This document shows positions 8,992 through 17,863 of a stretch of DNA of 42,174 nucleotides, one piece after another. Made by a program: the position numbers and the translations under genes. The notes under the pieces are model-generated. The model was not told the origin of the DNA and made no database searches. It saw only the letters and a list, made by a program, of their open reading frames with translations. The stretch covers positions 1-42,174 of the IMG/VR virus record IMGVR_UViG_3300022177_000061; one strand, written 5' to 3'. Source of the DNA: a virus. Its lineage: Duplodnaviria; Caudoviricetes. Numbering within the stretch: the first letter of the stretch is position 1; each line of letters begins with the position of its first letter.

Positions 8992-11900
8992 CAGATCCTT
9001 ACGTTGCGGTTCAGGTACTCCTGGAAGCTGTTCCCGTTGCGGATGACCTTCCACAGACCTTTCTCAGTAATATTGAGATGAAATTCCTTCTTATTGCGGA
9101 TCGTATCTGCCAGCATGGAAAAGCCAGAGTAAAGCCCTGCAACCTCCTTTTCCAGCCTTCTGAAGTCATAAGAGGATAATGGAGCTGGCGAGGGTGAAAT
9201 TGGATGCTGGGCAGTCATTTCAGCAAGGCCAACCAGATCCTTGTTCGGAATAACCCTTGCCCGGGCCGGGAGAAATGTGATCGTTGGCTTGTCCGGGGTC
9301 AAGAATGTCTCTCCAGACGGGTATTGAATTGCCTCCATCCCCTGATCTCCAACGATCGCCCATTCTGCAGGACCGGTTTCACGGCCACGCCAGTACTTCG
9401 GAAGTGGCTGGGCTGCAACCGCAGCAGCTTGAGCAATTCCAATACCGGCAGCAATAGCAGAAAAGACAATTGTTGAAGCTCCGAAATCTGCTTTAGGAAA
9501 TTCTGCCCAGATCTTGGATATCGCCATGGCTGTGTTGATAGCAATTTGGAATATTGCTGCAGCTTTTGCAAATCTGGCCTGTTCTAATTCAATTTTCCTT
9601 CTTTGGGCATCCCTTTGTTTGTCTTTGGCATCATACTTCGCATTGATCTGATCAATCATGGCTTTATTGTTGCCAGCTCTGGCCAGCTCCCGTTCCTTTT
9701 CCTCCTCATCCTTCCTGGCAGCAGAGTCAATATTCTGTAATCTGGTTTCAAATGAAGCTTCTGCAAACGCTTTAGTAGTATTAAAAAGCTCTTGGCCAAG
9801 CTCAGTTAACATCTCATTTAATTTCTCCTGAGCAACCTGCTGTTTATCAATATTACGTATTGAATTAGCAGTCTTGGCATCATCCAAGGCCATCTGAGCT
9901 GCAACAAGTTTTTCTTCTGCAGCCAGGGTATCAGCGCCCATTGCCTTGAGCTTGGCAAGCTCTTTCTCTGCATTCTCGACAGCATTCTCAGCTTTCTTGA
10001 TGCCGTACTTTGACTCTACCTCTTCGACCTTTTTTGCATACTCTTCAGAAGTAAGGAGTTTATTCTCTAGCTGGTCCCGGAGACTCCTCAGCTCTATTTG
10101 CCGCGACCGGTCAAGAGAAAGAACCCTGGTGCGGGATTCTACATCCAGCTGGGCAATCAGGAAATTATATGATTCATCGGCAGACAGTTTATTGTACTTG
10201 TCAATGATGGCCTGCTTATCGATCCCGGTCTTTTCGGCTTCGGCCAGTTCAATATCCCGCTGAAGATTGAGTGAACGGAGCTTCAATTCAAGTTCTTCAT
10301 CGGATCCCTGCTTTACTGCCGCAAGCCTTACATTGACAAGCTCAAGCTGCTTCTGATTGGCTTCAATGCCTGCCTGGGCAATTAGTTTTTCTTCCTCAAT
10401 AGAAAGTTCTTTCCGGGTATTCAGGATCATCTCCTGTATTCTTTCCCTTTGCTCTTTATTCAGGTTTTCTTCCGCCTTCAGCTGATTTTGCAACCCCTCC
10501 TTCTTTACCCGGTACTGCTCCCTTAAAGCAGCCAACTCCTTGTTAAAACCATCATCCATTAAAGCAATTCGGCTTTCATTCAGCTTTGCAATAGTATCCT
10601 GCTCATTCTTTAAAAAATCATTAGCATATTTCTTCCGGATGTCTTTTTCTGCCTTGGCGCCATTCTCCCTGATCAGCGCTATCAGCTCCTCATTACCCTT
10701 TGCAGCTTCAATCTTTTCATCCATATTTACTTTGATGGCAGCCAGCTCTTTTGCCAGGCCAGTCTTCATATTCTCAACCCGGAGTTTAGAAATGTCTTTC
10801 TGCTGCTGTTCTTCACGGGCCTTGTCATTAAACTTCTCCAGCTCCGGAAGCAACTCAGAGTAAGAGGTGATAAGACCATCAACCCTATCCTTCTGATCCC
10901 CCAGCCTGTCAGTGAGAGTTTTGGCATTCATGGCGCTGGCAATAAAAACATTCCCGCCTGACTTCATAAGGTTCCAGGTCTTATCCCAAAAGCCCAGGCC
11001 ATCAAGCAGTGTTTTGTTTTGCTCCTTCATCGCCTCGGTCATCAGCTGCTCAATTGCAGCAGCCTTTGCCTTGACCATAATCCCCTCGGCCGTATTCCTG
11101 TATGCATCGGCAAGTAGTTCTTCAGACTCAAGCACCTCTTTTGTAAGTTTCCCGTACTGGCCAAACTTATCATTATACTCAGCAACCGCTTTTGTGAGAT
11201 CTCCCCGCCCTTTTCTTGCCTCATCTATCCTTGTTTTTAACAGGGAGAATTGTGCAATTTCCTGGGAGGAGTTTTCAATGGTCTTTTCCTGAATGTCATT
11301 AACCAGCTGCTGGCTGTCGGACACCTTTGTCAATACCCGGTAGAGTGCAATACCTCCGGCAATCAGCCCTCCAACCGCAGCAAGTAGCAGCCCGACTGGA
11401 TTCGCCAGCATAGCCTTGTTTAATGCCCACTGGGCTGCGGTTGCCAACTTTCGGGTTACAATGCCGCCTGTCTCAGCTTTTGTCTCTGCATAAGTAAGGG
11501 CTATCTTGATTTTCTTTTGTACAATCTCGGCAAGGCTGGCCGCTGCGCTTTCCTTTTGCAACGTGGTCTGTACCGCCCTGAGGCCATTCAGCACTGCCAT
11601 TGCTGCCTGAAGCTTTACAAAGGTTTGCTGTAGTTCCTCATTCTCCACTCCCAGCAGCGCCGAGGCTCCCTCGATGGCCGTATAAGCCCCAGCCAACCCT
11701 TCAGCGACAGAGATAAGTTGGTCTAATCCATGAGTGTCGGAAGCCAGTTTCTTCACTTCAGCCCTGGCATCATCAAAGGCATCCCGCATTTCACCGGCAC
11801 GAAGTGACAGTTCTTTGAACACTTCAGAATCTTCAAGCCCCTCCATTTTCATCGTGGCCAGCTGCTCCGTCATTAGCATCAGCTCCGTTCTCATCGACCG

Positions 11901-12758
11901 GCCGGCAATGGCATAATCCCCGACATTGCGCTGGTGGTTCCCGATTGTAGCATCATACTCCTTTAGCCCTTCATCCAGCTTATTGATCTCATTCAAGAGC
12001 TGGCCCCCGATGGCAGAGTTATTTTTCTGCTCCTCAGATAGACTCCGGTATGCTTCCTTCAGCTTATTCAGGATGAGCGATTTTTCAGAAGCAGTTCCGG
12101 ATGCAGCCTGCTCGATTTTCTCCTCCATTTTTATCCGGCTTGTCAGTTCGCTTACCGCAACCTTCAAAGTGTTCTGCTCATTCAATAACCGCTGCTGTGC
12201 GAACATAAACTCCTGCGATGTTTTTGCCCCGCTTTTGTATGCCTTTTCATTGTCCCGGATTGATGCATTTACTTCCTTTAACCTTGCCTGCTCTTCGGCC
12301 AGGCGCTTAATATTTTCCTGTTTGGTACCAAGAACTGAGTTGATGACATCTTTCAGCTCTTTTGTCAACTTCACCTCTTCAAAGATGGCAGACACTTTTT
12401 TCAGCGACCAGGTAGCCTCATCCTGGGTTGCTTTGCCTGATGCCTGGCTGGTAGATATCCTTTCCTTCTCAATGCTGATCAGTCGCTTTTCGAGCTCCAT
12501 CCGCTCAGAAGTGACCTTATTCAGCTGGGCAGTAAGGTTCTCAACATCTTTAAGGGCCTTCTCCATCTCTGCAGATGCTGCAGCAGTATCCTTAATGGAT
12601 TTTGCTTGGCCGAACCCCTCAAATTTTATTTTTGCGCCTGCCTCCGCGATGGTCTCAATCTGGTCCAATATGCGCTCAAGGCTCCCAGTCAGGAACTTGA
12701 TTTCATCCTGAATTTTAGGGATGTCAGCAATTGAATCAATTCTACCTTTCGAAGCCAT
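8991..12758 (-). CDS. Tail tape measure protein
   Basis: 1255 aa, helical/coiled-coil, RNVGDY and ANPVGLLLAAV motifs, hydrophobic stretches, C-terminal GPAEWAIVGDQGME motif. Confidence 0.9.
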   Translation of the reverse strand: MASKGRIDSIADIPKIQDEIKFLTGSLERILDQIETIAEAGAKIKFEGFGQAKSIKDTAAASAEMEKALKDVENLTAQLNKVTSERMELEKRLISIEKERISTSQASGKATQDEATWSLKKVSAIFEEVKLTKELKDVINSVLGTKQENIKRLAEEQARLKEVNASIRDNEKAYKSGAKTSQEFMFAQQRLLNEQNTLKVAVSELTSRIKMEEKIEQAASGTASEKSLILNKLKEAYRSLSEEQKNNSAIGGQLLNEINKLDEGLKEYDATIGNHQRNVGDYAIAGRSMRTELMLMTEQLATMKMEGLEDSEVFKELSLRAGEMRDAFDDARAEVKKLASDTHGLDQLISVAEGLAGAYTAIEGASALLGVENEELQQTFVKLQAAMAVLNGLRAVQTTLQKESAAASLAEIVQKKIKIALTYAETKAETGGIVTRKLATAAQWALNKAMLANPVGLLLAAVGGLIAGGIALYRVLTKVSDSQQLVNDIQEKTIENSSQEIAQFSLLKTRIDEARKGRGDLTKAVAEYNDKFGQYGKLTKEVLESEELLADAYRNTAEGIMVKAKAAAIEQLMTEAMKEQNKTLLDGLGFWDKTWNLMKSGGNVFIASAMNAKTLTDRLGDQKDRVDGLITSYSELLPELEKFNDKAREEQQQKDISKLRVENMKTGLAKELAAIKVNMDEKIEAAKGNEELIALIRENGAKAEKDIRKKYANDFLKNEQDTIAKLNESRIALMDDGFNKELAALREQYRVKKEGLQNQLKAEENLNKEQRERIQEMILNTRKELSIEEEKLIAQAGIEANQKQLELVNVRLAAVKQGSDEELELKLRSLNLQRDIELAEAEKTGIDKQAIIDKYNKLSADESYNFLIAQLDVESRTRVLSLDRSRQIELRSLRDQLENKLLTSEEYAKKVEEVESKYGIKKAENAVENAEKELAKLKAMGADTLAAEEKLVAAQMALDDAKTANSIRNIDKQQVAQEKLNEMLTELGQELFNTTKAFAEASFETRLQNIDSAARKDEEEKERELARAGNNKAMIDQINAKYDAKDKQRDAQRRKIELEQARFAKAAAIFQIAINTAMAISKIWAEFPKADFGASTIVFSAIAAGIGIAQAAAVAAQPLPKYWRGRETGPAEWAIVGDQGMEAIQYPSGETFLTPDKPTITFLPARARVIPNKDLVGLAEMTAQHPISPSPAPLSSYDFRRLEKEVAGLYSGFSMLADTIRNKKEFHLNITEKGLWKVIRNGNSFQEYLNRNVRI

Positions 12759-12765
12759 TATTTGT

Positions 12766-12773
12766 TATATTTG
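12766..12773 (+). promoter_or_regulatory. Bacteroidota -7 promoter element (TATATTTG) for the antisense moron gene
   Basis: Exact TAnnTTTG, 4 nt before ATG 12778. Confidence 0.5.
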
Positions 12774-12777
12774 ATCC

Positions 12778-13047
12778 ATGAAAGAAAGCGACAGAGAACC
12801 TATGCAACCACAAAAAAAAGGCAATACCCCCTGGGAAAAACTTGGCCTGGATGTCGTTGAATATGCCCGGCTGATGAAAAGTGTAGAAGAGGATATCCAA
12901 AAGCAAGCAGATAAAATCAGATTTGAGCGCGAATGCAAAAAGTACGAGAAGGAGCCTCCTTTCGTTTTTGCCGGCTTGGGCTGTATATACTGGATATTAA
13001 TATTTGCCATTGGGTTTTTCTTTGCGTTTGTTCTGGTTGAGAGATAA
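12778..13047 (+). CDS. Small membrane protein (moron) on the opposite strand within the tail operon
   Basis: 89 aa, charged helical N-part and C-terminal TM helix (FVFAGLGCIYWILIFAIGFFFAFVLV); own -7 element. Confidence 0.6.
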   Translation: MKESDREPMQPQKKGNTPWEKLGLDVVEYARLMKSVEEDIQKQADKIRFERECKKYEKEPPFVFAGLGCIYWILIFAIGFFFAFVLVER

Positions 13048-13620
13048 TTGTATTTCCCTTTCTCTTCTTTTGATCATCGCGACGTATTCACTGACAGTAA
13101 CCTCCCTGGCATTTACACGGAACCCCATGAATTTTGACAGTTCCACCAATGCTTTCTGGAAGTAATCCTCGGTTAGGTTCTTACCATCGGATTCTTTAAG
13201 GAGCTTATCATACTCAACCAGGGACTGGTCCAGGGCAATTTCCACGGATTTGCTCTTTGTCATCACAGCCTTAATATCCCTGAGATATCCTTCCGGATCC
13301 TGAAGATTGAATTTGTAATTGTACCCGAACCGCCTCAGGGTTGAAACTGCCCTGGTACTGTACCGGTAGCCCAGCACTTTCACACACAAGCGGATTGACA
13401 GAAGCTTACTCTGCAGGCCTCCGATTTCACGGGAGAGATTTACCAACCTTTGATACTGAGGGGATCCGGAGAGCTCGCAGTACTCCGTAAAGAGCTGTTC
13501 CCAGGCATCGTTTATTTGCTTGTAAGTGGCTTTCCCATAGATCACCAGCCGGGAAAGGTTTTTGTTTACCAGGGCATCGATGAAAACATCAAGAGGCGTT
13601 TGACTGCAGCGGGTGTACAT
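12997..13620 (-). CDS. Hypothetical protein, probable tail assembly chaperone
   Basis: Probable start MYTRCSQ at 13620; immediately upstream of TMP; C-terminal VTVSEYVAM motif resembles pre-TMP chaperones. Confidence 0.55.
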   Translation of the reverse strand: MYTRCSQTPLDVFIDALVNKNLSRLVIYGKATYKQINDAWEQLFTEYCELSGSPQYQRLVNLSREIGGLQSKLLSIRLCVKVLGYRYSTRAVSTLRRFGYNYKFNLQDPEGYLRDIKAVMTKSKSVEIALDQSLVEYDKLLKESDGKNLTEDYFQKALVELSKFMGFRVNAREVTVSEYVAMIKRREREIQLSLNQNKRKEKPNGKY

Positions 13621-13801
13621 ACTCAACCGGTGTCTGCCGCTCCGCCTCCGGGTCATCCACCGCCATAAAGCCGAAATCCCCTTCCGTATTACGGTAGAGG
13701 AAAACCTCGGTATTCTCCATTGCAGCCCACTTGATGGCAATCCGTTTGATGTTGTCATAGTTCAACCTTTCTTTGCTTTGCTTTATGCAATTAGGAGGCA
13801 T
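13589..13801 (-). CDS. Hypothetical protein
   Basis: 70-aa ORF filling the gap in the co-directional operon. Confidence 0.55.
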   Translation of the reverse strand: MPPNCIKQSKERLNYDNIKRIAIKWAAMENTEVFLYRNTEGDFGFMAVDDPEAERQTPVEYVHPLQSNAS

Positions 13802-13806
13802 CTTGA

Positions 13807-14049
13807 TCAGGAGGATTGTTCAGTCAATTTCTGCTTGAACAGAAAGTACATTGCAGGGCCAGCTATGGTTGTAAAGAGAGTGCCGGCAGAAGTGCAGACA
13901 AGGATAATGGACTCTTTGTTTTGAATGCCTGCGATTACAACATAGCATGCCAGGAATAAGGCCATAAAGATGATAATGCTTCCGGTCATTCTGCTGTTTG
14001 ACTTCACCCCGGGAGACTCTTCCCAATATCCGGTTTTCATGTTTTCCAT
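13807..14049 (-). CDS. Two-TM membrane protein, holin-like
   Basis: 80 aa, two hydrophobic helices, KSNSRM N-motif, near the endolysin. Confidence 0.55.
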   Translation of the reverse strand: MENMKTGYWEESPGVKSNSRMTGSIIIFMALFLACYVVIAGIQNKESIILVCTSAGTLFTTIAGPAMYFLFKQKLTEQSS

Positions 14050-14052
14050 TGC

Positions 14053-14466
14053 TTACAATCCTGTTATCACTTCCATCGATTCCATCAATTCCGGGAAGAA
14101 AACTTCCTGGTTGTAGTACTCCTGGTTGGATGGAGTGAGTCCGTATATCTCTTCTCCGTATCTTTCCTCAAGATCATATAAGTCCGTAGCAAGGATTTCG
14201 AACTCCTGAGAGTCCACATCAAGCTGAAAGGACCCGTGAAAGGATCCGGTATCGTAAAGCATGATCGGACCGGCAGGCTTTCCAAACATTGTAACCGAGG
14301 TATAAGAGTAGTCCGGCATCTTGGTTCTGTCGGCCCGGATCCCATGCAACAGCTGTTCCCGGTTAAGACTGAGCATTGACTCTCCTGTTCTGCCGATGGC
14401 AGCAAGGGCCTCCCTCTGAATGTCCAGTTCAGACAATGCTTCATATAAATCCAGGGCAGTAACCAT
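14053..14466 (-). CDS. Putative virion morphogenesis / tail completion protein
   Basis: LYDTGSFHGSF motif resembles DTG motifs of HK97-gp10-like neck proteins; acidic; in late operon. Confidence 0.45.
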   Translation of the reverse strand: MVTALDLYEALSELDIQREALAAIGRTGESMLSLNREQLLHGIRADRTKMPDYSYTSVTMFGKPAGPIMLYDTGSFHGSFQLDVDSQEFEILATDLYDLEERYGEEIYGLTPSNQEYYNQEVFFPELMESMEVITGL

Positions 14467-14469
14467 TGA

Positions 14470-14856
14470 TCAGGCTTTTTTCAATTTCTCAATCTCACTT
14501 TTGAGCCTTCCGTTCTCGCTCATGATATCATTGAGCTTCTTACTCTGCTCCTCAAATTTGTGGCTCAGTTCATTTAACTGACTTTTCAACTCAGAGTTCT
14601 CTCTTTTGAGGCCATCGATGTTTTCATTGTAGATCTTCAGCTGGGCATTCAGATTCTCTGCAGCTTCTTTCCAAATATCGACAGCCTTACCCAGGTTCTC
14701 AATCTGCTGGGTCTGTGCCCGGGTCTCTTCAAGTTTTGCCTGGGCTTCTACCAGGCGAGCATCCGCATTGTTTTTCCTGCGTCCAAAAATCCATCCCCCC
14801 ACTCCGGTAGCAATGCTAGAGCCAAATAGTATCAATAAGCTTTCGGGTGTATCCAT
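14470..14856 (-). CDS. Holin-like protein (N-terminal TM plus coiled coil)
   Basis: TM helix followed by GRRK, then a long heptad coiled coil; TAATG-coupled to the endolysin. Confidence 0.55.
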   Translation of the reverse strand: MDTPESLLILFGSSIATGVGGWIFGRRKNNADARLVEAQAKLEETRAQTQQIENLGKAVDIWKEAAENLNAQLKIYNENIDGLKRENSELKSQLNELSHKFEEQSKKLNDIMSENGRLKSEIEKLKKA

Positions 14857-15245
14857 TAGAATTTGAAGTAAGTTTCAGGGTTAACCCAGTTTCCGTTTTG
14901 TTTAACTGTAAAATGAAGGTGAGGGCCAGTACTGCCCCCTGTGTTCCCACTTTTAGCAATGACATCGCCAGCATTAACAATTTCTCCAACCTTTCTTAAC
15001 TGCTGATCAAGATGGGCAAATCCAAAGCGGATCCCTGTTCTTCCTATCATGGCCATACACTTACCACCCTTCTCATTCTCCCAGACCTCCGATATCCTTC
15101 CAGAATCCGGTGCCAACACATCGGTCCCAATAGGAGCGGCAATGTCAAGGCCATTATGGAAGGATCCAATCTTGCCGGTGATGGGGTGTTTTCTTGGGCC
15201 AAACCTACTCGTCACCCTCCCGCTTATCGGTTTTTGAAAGTTCAT
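14856..15245 (-). CDS. M23 family metallopeptidase, probable endolysin
   Basis: VTSRFGPRKHP, HNGLD (HxxxD), AHL, GNTGGSTGPHLHF (HxH) motifs. Confidence 0.9.
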   Translation of the reverse strand: MNFQKPISGRVTSRFGPRKHPITGKIGSFHNGLDIAAPIGTDVLAPDSGRISEVWENEKGGKCMAMIGRTGIRFGFAHLDQQLRKVGEIVNAGDVIAKSGNTGGSTGPHLHFTVKQNGNWVNPETYFKF

Positions 15246-15426
15246 TATCCTGCTTTTTTGCCAGTTTGTACATTGATTTTAGCTGAGCCTTACGGACTTT
15301 CTGATCCCGTGCCAGGTAAAGTTTAGAGTCGTAAGCTTCCACGAATTCCTTTTCCGATGAAAAGGAAAGGACGTGGGCCACGTTTACCGAAGCCCCGTCC
15401 ATTTTTATAAACACGTCCTTTCCCAT
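15205..15426 (-). CDS. Hypothetical protein after major tail (tail chaperone position)
   Basis: 73-aa ORF with GGAGG upstream; contains in-frame A AAA AAG heptamer near its end. Confidence 0.6.
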   Translation of the reverse strand: MGKDVFIKMDGASVNVAHVLSFSSEKEFVEAYDSKLYLARDQKVRKAQLKSMYKLAKKQDNELSKTDKREGDE

Positions 15427-15441
15427 GACAATGCCTCCGTT

Positions 15442-16368
15442 TTAGGATAAGGTAGATTTCAGAATTCCGGCTTCATATCCATTCTCAGGATATCCTCCCA
15501 CATTGGCAGCTGCCAACACAGAAGGGGCAGCCAGGGTGATTACATGCTCACCGGTACCGGTAAAGCTCACATCCCATCCACCAGCAGCTTCATTCTTGGC
15601 CACGGAAGTCACTGTTACCGGGGCTCCATTCTTGGTAACCTTCCAGAGTTCACCGGCTGCAAGAGCATCGCCAAAGGCTTCAAAGATGTCCACCTTGTCA
15701 CAGGCTGTCTGGATGCCAACAGTTACCATACCGGCAGTAACAGCAAGCTGGACCAGCTCCAGATCGATCAGACCTTTTACAGCCTCCTCGATATCCTGCT
15801 CCACTTTCACGAATGCAACCTTCTCATTGAACTCCTCCGGCTTTGCCAAAGCAAACCGAACATTGAAGATTGCAGCGTTACTTGCATCGTTTGCCTTGAA
15901 TGGTTTGGCATAGAAGAAATCCATTGTGAAACCGGTGATTCCGCCTTCCACTCTGGTACCATAGATTACGTTGTTCGAATCAACAAACAGGACTTTCTTG
16001 TTTGCCTTGTTGAATGACCTCAGCTTGTTATTCAGGCAAAGGCCACCCTTCACGATCCGGAACATCCAGTCATACTTACCCTCTTTTACGACCTGTTTGG
16101 AGCCATAACCGAGTGTTGCAATTGTCTCCTCTTCGGAGTTGTCAGTGATTTCTTCAAAGCGGAAAATCGGGTGGATCCGGTCGCGACCGGTAGCGAGGGT
16201 AAGCTCCTGGAGCTTCGTAATGATGTCCGAAATATCGGCATCAGCAATGATGGTTGATTTGTCAATCAGGATCGCCCCGACAAACTTATCAGGAGCAAAA
16301 TCACATCCGGGAACACCGGTGTTTGCTCCCAAGACAAGGACACAACCAGGATTATTTAATTCAGCCAT
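15442..16368 (-). CDS. Major tail (tube) protein
   Basis: 308 aa, beta-rich, after tail terminator position; NTGVPGC N-motif; probable C-terminal Ig-like extension. Confidence 0.7.
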   Translation of the reverse strand: MAELNNPGCVLVLGANTGVPGCDFAPDKFVGAILIDKSTIIADADISDIITKLQELTLATGRDRIHPIFRFEEITDNSEEETIATLGYGSKQVVKEGKYDWMFRIVKGGLCLNNKLRSFNKANKKVLFVDSNNVIYGTRVEGGITGFTMDFFYAKPFKANDASNAAIFNVRFALAKPEEFNEKVAFVKVEQDIEEAVKGLIDLELVQLAVTAGMVTVGIQTACDKVDIFEAFGDALAAGELWKVTKNGAPVTVTSVAKNEAAGGWDVSFTGTGEHVITLAAPSVLAAANVGGYPENGYEAGILKSTLS

Positions 16369-16371
16369 TGA

Positions 16372-16884
16372 TTAGCATTTAATTGGTTTGACATTCAGTG
16401 ATAAATTCTTGATTTCAATACAGTCCACAAAGTCGTTGAAGATGTTACCCTGGTTCCCATACAGTCCATTCCTGCCCCAAAAAAGCCGGTCAACCTTGAT
16501 GTGCTTCACCTGCTTTACTGTTGATTCATTGAAGTAACCTGACCTGGCAATAACCCGGATCAACTCTTCATAAATCGGGTACAGGTAAGGCCGGAATGAT
16601 GCATCATACCTCTCCGGAGCTTTCATGGTATTTCTTGTCAACACTGCGATGATCATCTGTAACTTTACTTTGGTGAAGTCTCCCGATTTATCCTCTTCGA
16701 AGTCCTGGAATAGAGCCACGAGGGGATATTTACCGGCAGATGCAGTCGGATTCTTAGTCAGTTCAGTAAGGCTGTCAGTGATCTCCTTCGGGTGGCCATG
16801 CATGTAATTCAAAGACATGCCCAGGCTGGCGGATACGCTATCCGTGATACTCCGGAAGATATCGATGATTACAGGCGTTTTCAT
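16372..16884 (-). CDS. Putative tail terminator / head-tail connector
   Basis: KYPLVALF motif, size and synteny. Confidence 0.55.
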   Translation of the reverse strand: MKTPVIIDIFRSITDSVSASLGMSLNYMHGHPKEITDSLTELTKNPTASAGKYPLVALFQDFEEDKSGDFTKVKLQMIIAVLTRNTMKAPERYDASFRPYLYPIYEELIRVIARSGYFNESTVKQVKHIKVDRLFWGRNGLYGNQGNIFNDFVDCIEIKNLSLNVKPIKC

Positions 16885-17384
16885 ATTCCAAAAGTGTTGA
16901 CGGGTGAAAGCGTATATTCATGCTCCAGGTCAAATTCAGGATATGTTTCAGCATTCTGGATCACCCAGGAAAAGACTGCTCTGCCCTTCCGGACAGCATC
17001 ATTGTAGGCCCGGGACATTTTATCGGTATTGAGAACGACATTGGCATTCTCCCCCACCGCTTCAATCTCCCCAAGGCCGGAACTGGTGGATAGACGGTCG
17101 CGGAAGTAATGGTAGTACACGTAGCCGGCAATAGGCGACAGCTTCGTGGTTTCATTTACAAGTCTATTCTTCAGATCTACCCACCTTTGTTCCGGAGTCG
17201 CTGCAGAAATGCCTGTCTGAAATTCAGTAGACAAGTCAGGGCCGAGAACCTCATCGAGGAACTCCGGTTCATACTTACTGATGAACCGGTTCAGTTCCTC
17301 AACATTCCCTGCCGGAATTTGACCCACTCCTGTGAGGTTTGGGACGAGCATTTCTCCAACGAAATATGTTTGATTGATCAGCAT
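16881..17384 (-). CDS. Putative head-tail adaptor
   Basis: 167 aa helical, after head genes, ATGA-coupled to the next gene. Confidence 0.55.
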   Translation of the reverse strand: MLINQTYFVGEMLVPNLTGVGQIPAGNVEELNRFISKYEPEFLDEVLGPDLSTEFQTGISAATPEQRWVDLKNRLVNETTKLSPIAGYVYYHYFRDRLSTSSGLGEIEAVGENANVVLNTDKMSRAYNDAVRKGRAVFSWVIQNAETYPEFDLEHEYTLSPVNTFGI

Positions 17385-17833
17385 TACTCAAGCCAGACTT
17401 TAAACTCACATTTGGTGATACGTGATTTCTGCGCTGTGGCCGTCGCATCCAGCCCAAGCTTGTAGAACCGGTATCGGTTAGCGGTTGTATTGCTGATTAT
17501 GATAGTAGTGTCAGAGCTTGTACCTTTCCACGTCACAGCTGTACCGATATTTGTCCAGCTTTCATCCTCAAACTTTTTGCCCTGCAGGAGTACAGCAACA
17601 TTCGGAGATCCGGAAATGCTGTCCAGAGAAATAAGCCAATCCTGAGTCTGCTTCAGATGGCTATTGGCGTTCACCTCAAAATGATATAACTGGTCATTGT
17701 TGGTGATGGTGTCAGCTGCGCCCATGGCAAACGAATGGAATGTTTTCGTTTGCGACAAGGTCACTGCTTTATCCTGTGCACTTACCGCAGTAACGCAGAG
17801 GATCAGAGAGATTAAAAACAGAAAGTGTTTCAT
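17384..17833 (-). CDS. Signal-peptide-bearing beta-sandwich protein in the head module (decoration/cement-like)
   Basis: MKHFLFLISLILCVTAVSA|Q Sec signal; VLLQGKKFEDESWTNIG...RYRFYKL jelly-roll-like pattern. Confidence 0.65.
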   Translation of the reverse strand: MKHFLFLISLILCVTAVSAQDKAVTLSQTKTFHSFAMGAADTITNNDQLYHFEVNANSHLKQTQDWLISLDSISGSPNVAVLLQGKKFEDESWTNIGTAVTWKGTSSDTTIIISNTTANRYRFYKLGLDATATAQKSRITKCEFKVWLE

Positions 17834-17863
17834 TTTTCACTTAAAGATTTAGGTTAAACAATG

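Noticed and set aside
9204-12711. Long plus-strand ORFs antisense to the tape measure gene (likewise opposite capsid, tail, ParB and ATPase genes)
   Set aside because: Ser/Phe/Leu-rich shadow frames expected opposite Glu/Lys/Ala-rich coding sequence; no start context or motifs
12765-13010. 81-aa minus-strand ORF before the tape measure gene
   Set aside because: Composition looks like a shadow of the plus-strand membrane ORF, which has a promoter element and a clear TM helix; not fully excluded
13589-13758. Programmed frameshift joining the 70-aa ORF to the pre-TMP chaperone
   Set aside because: The downstream ORF is in the +1 frame, no canonical -1 heptamer would join them, and it has its own ATG at 13620
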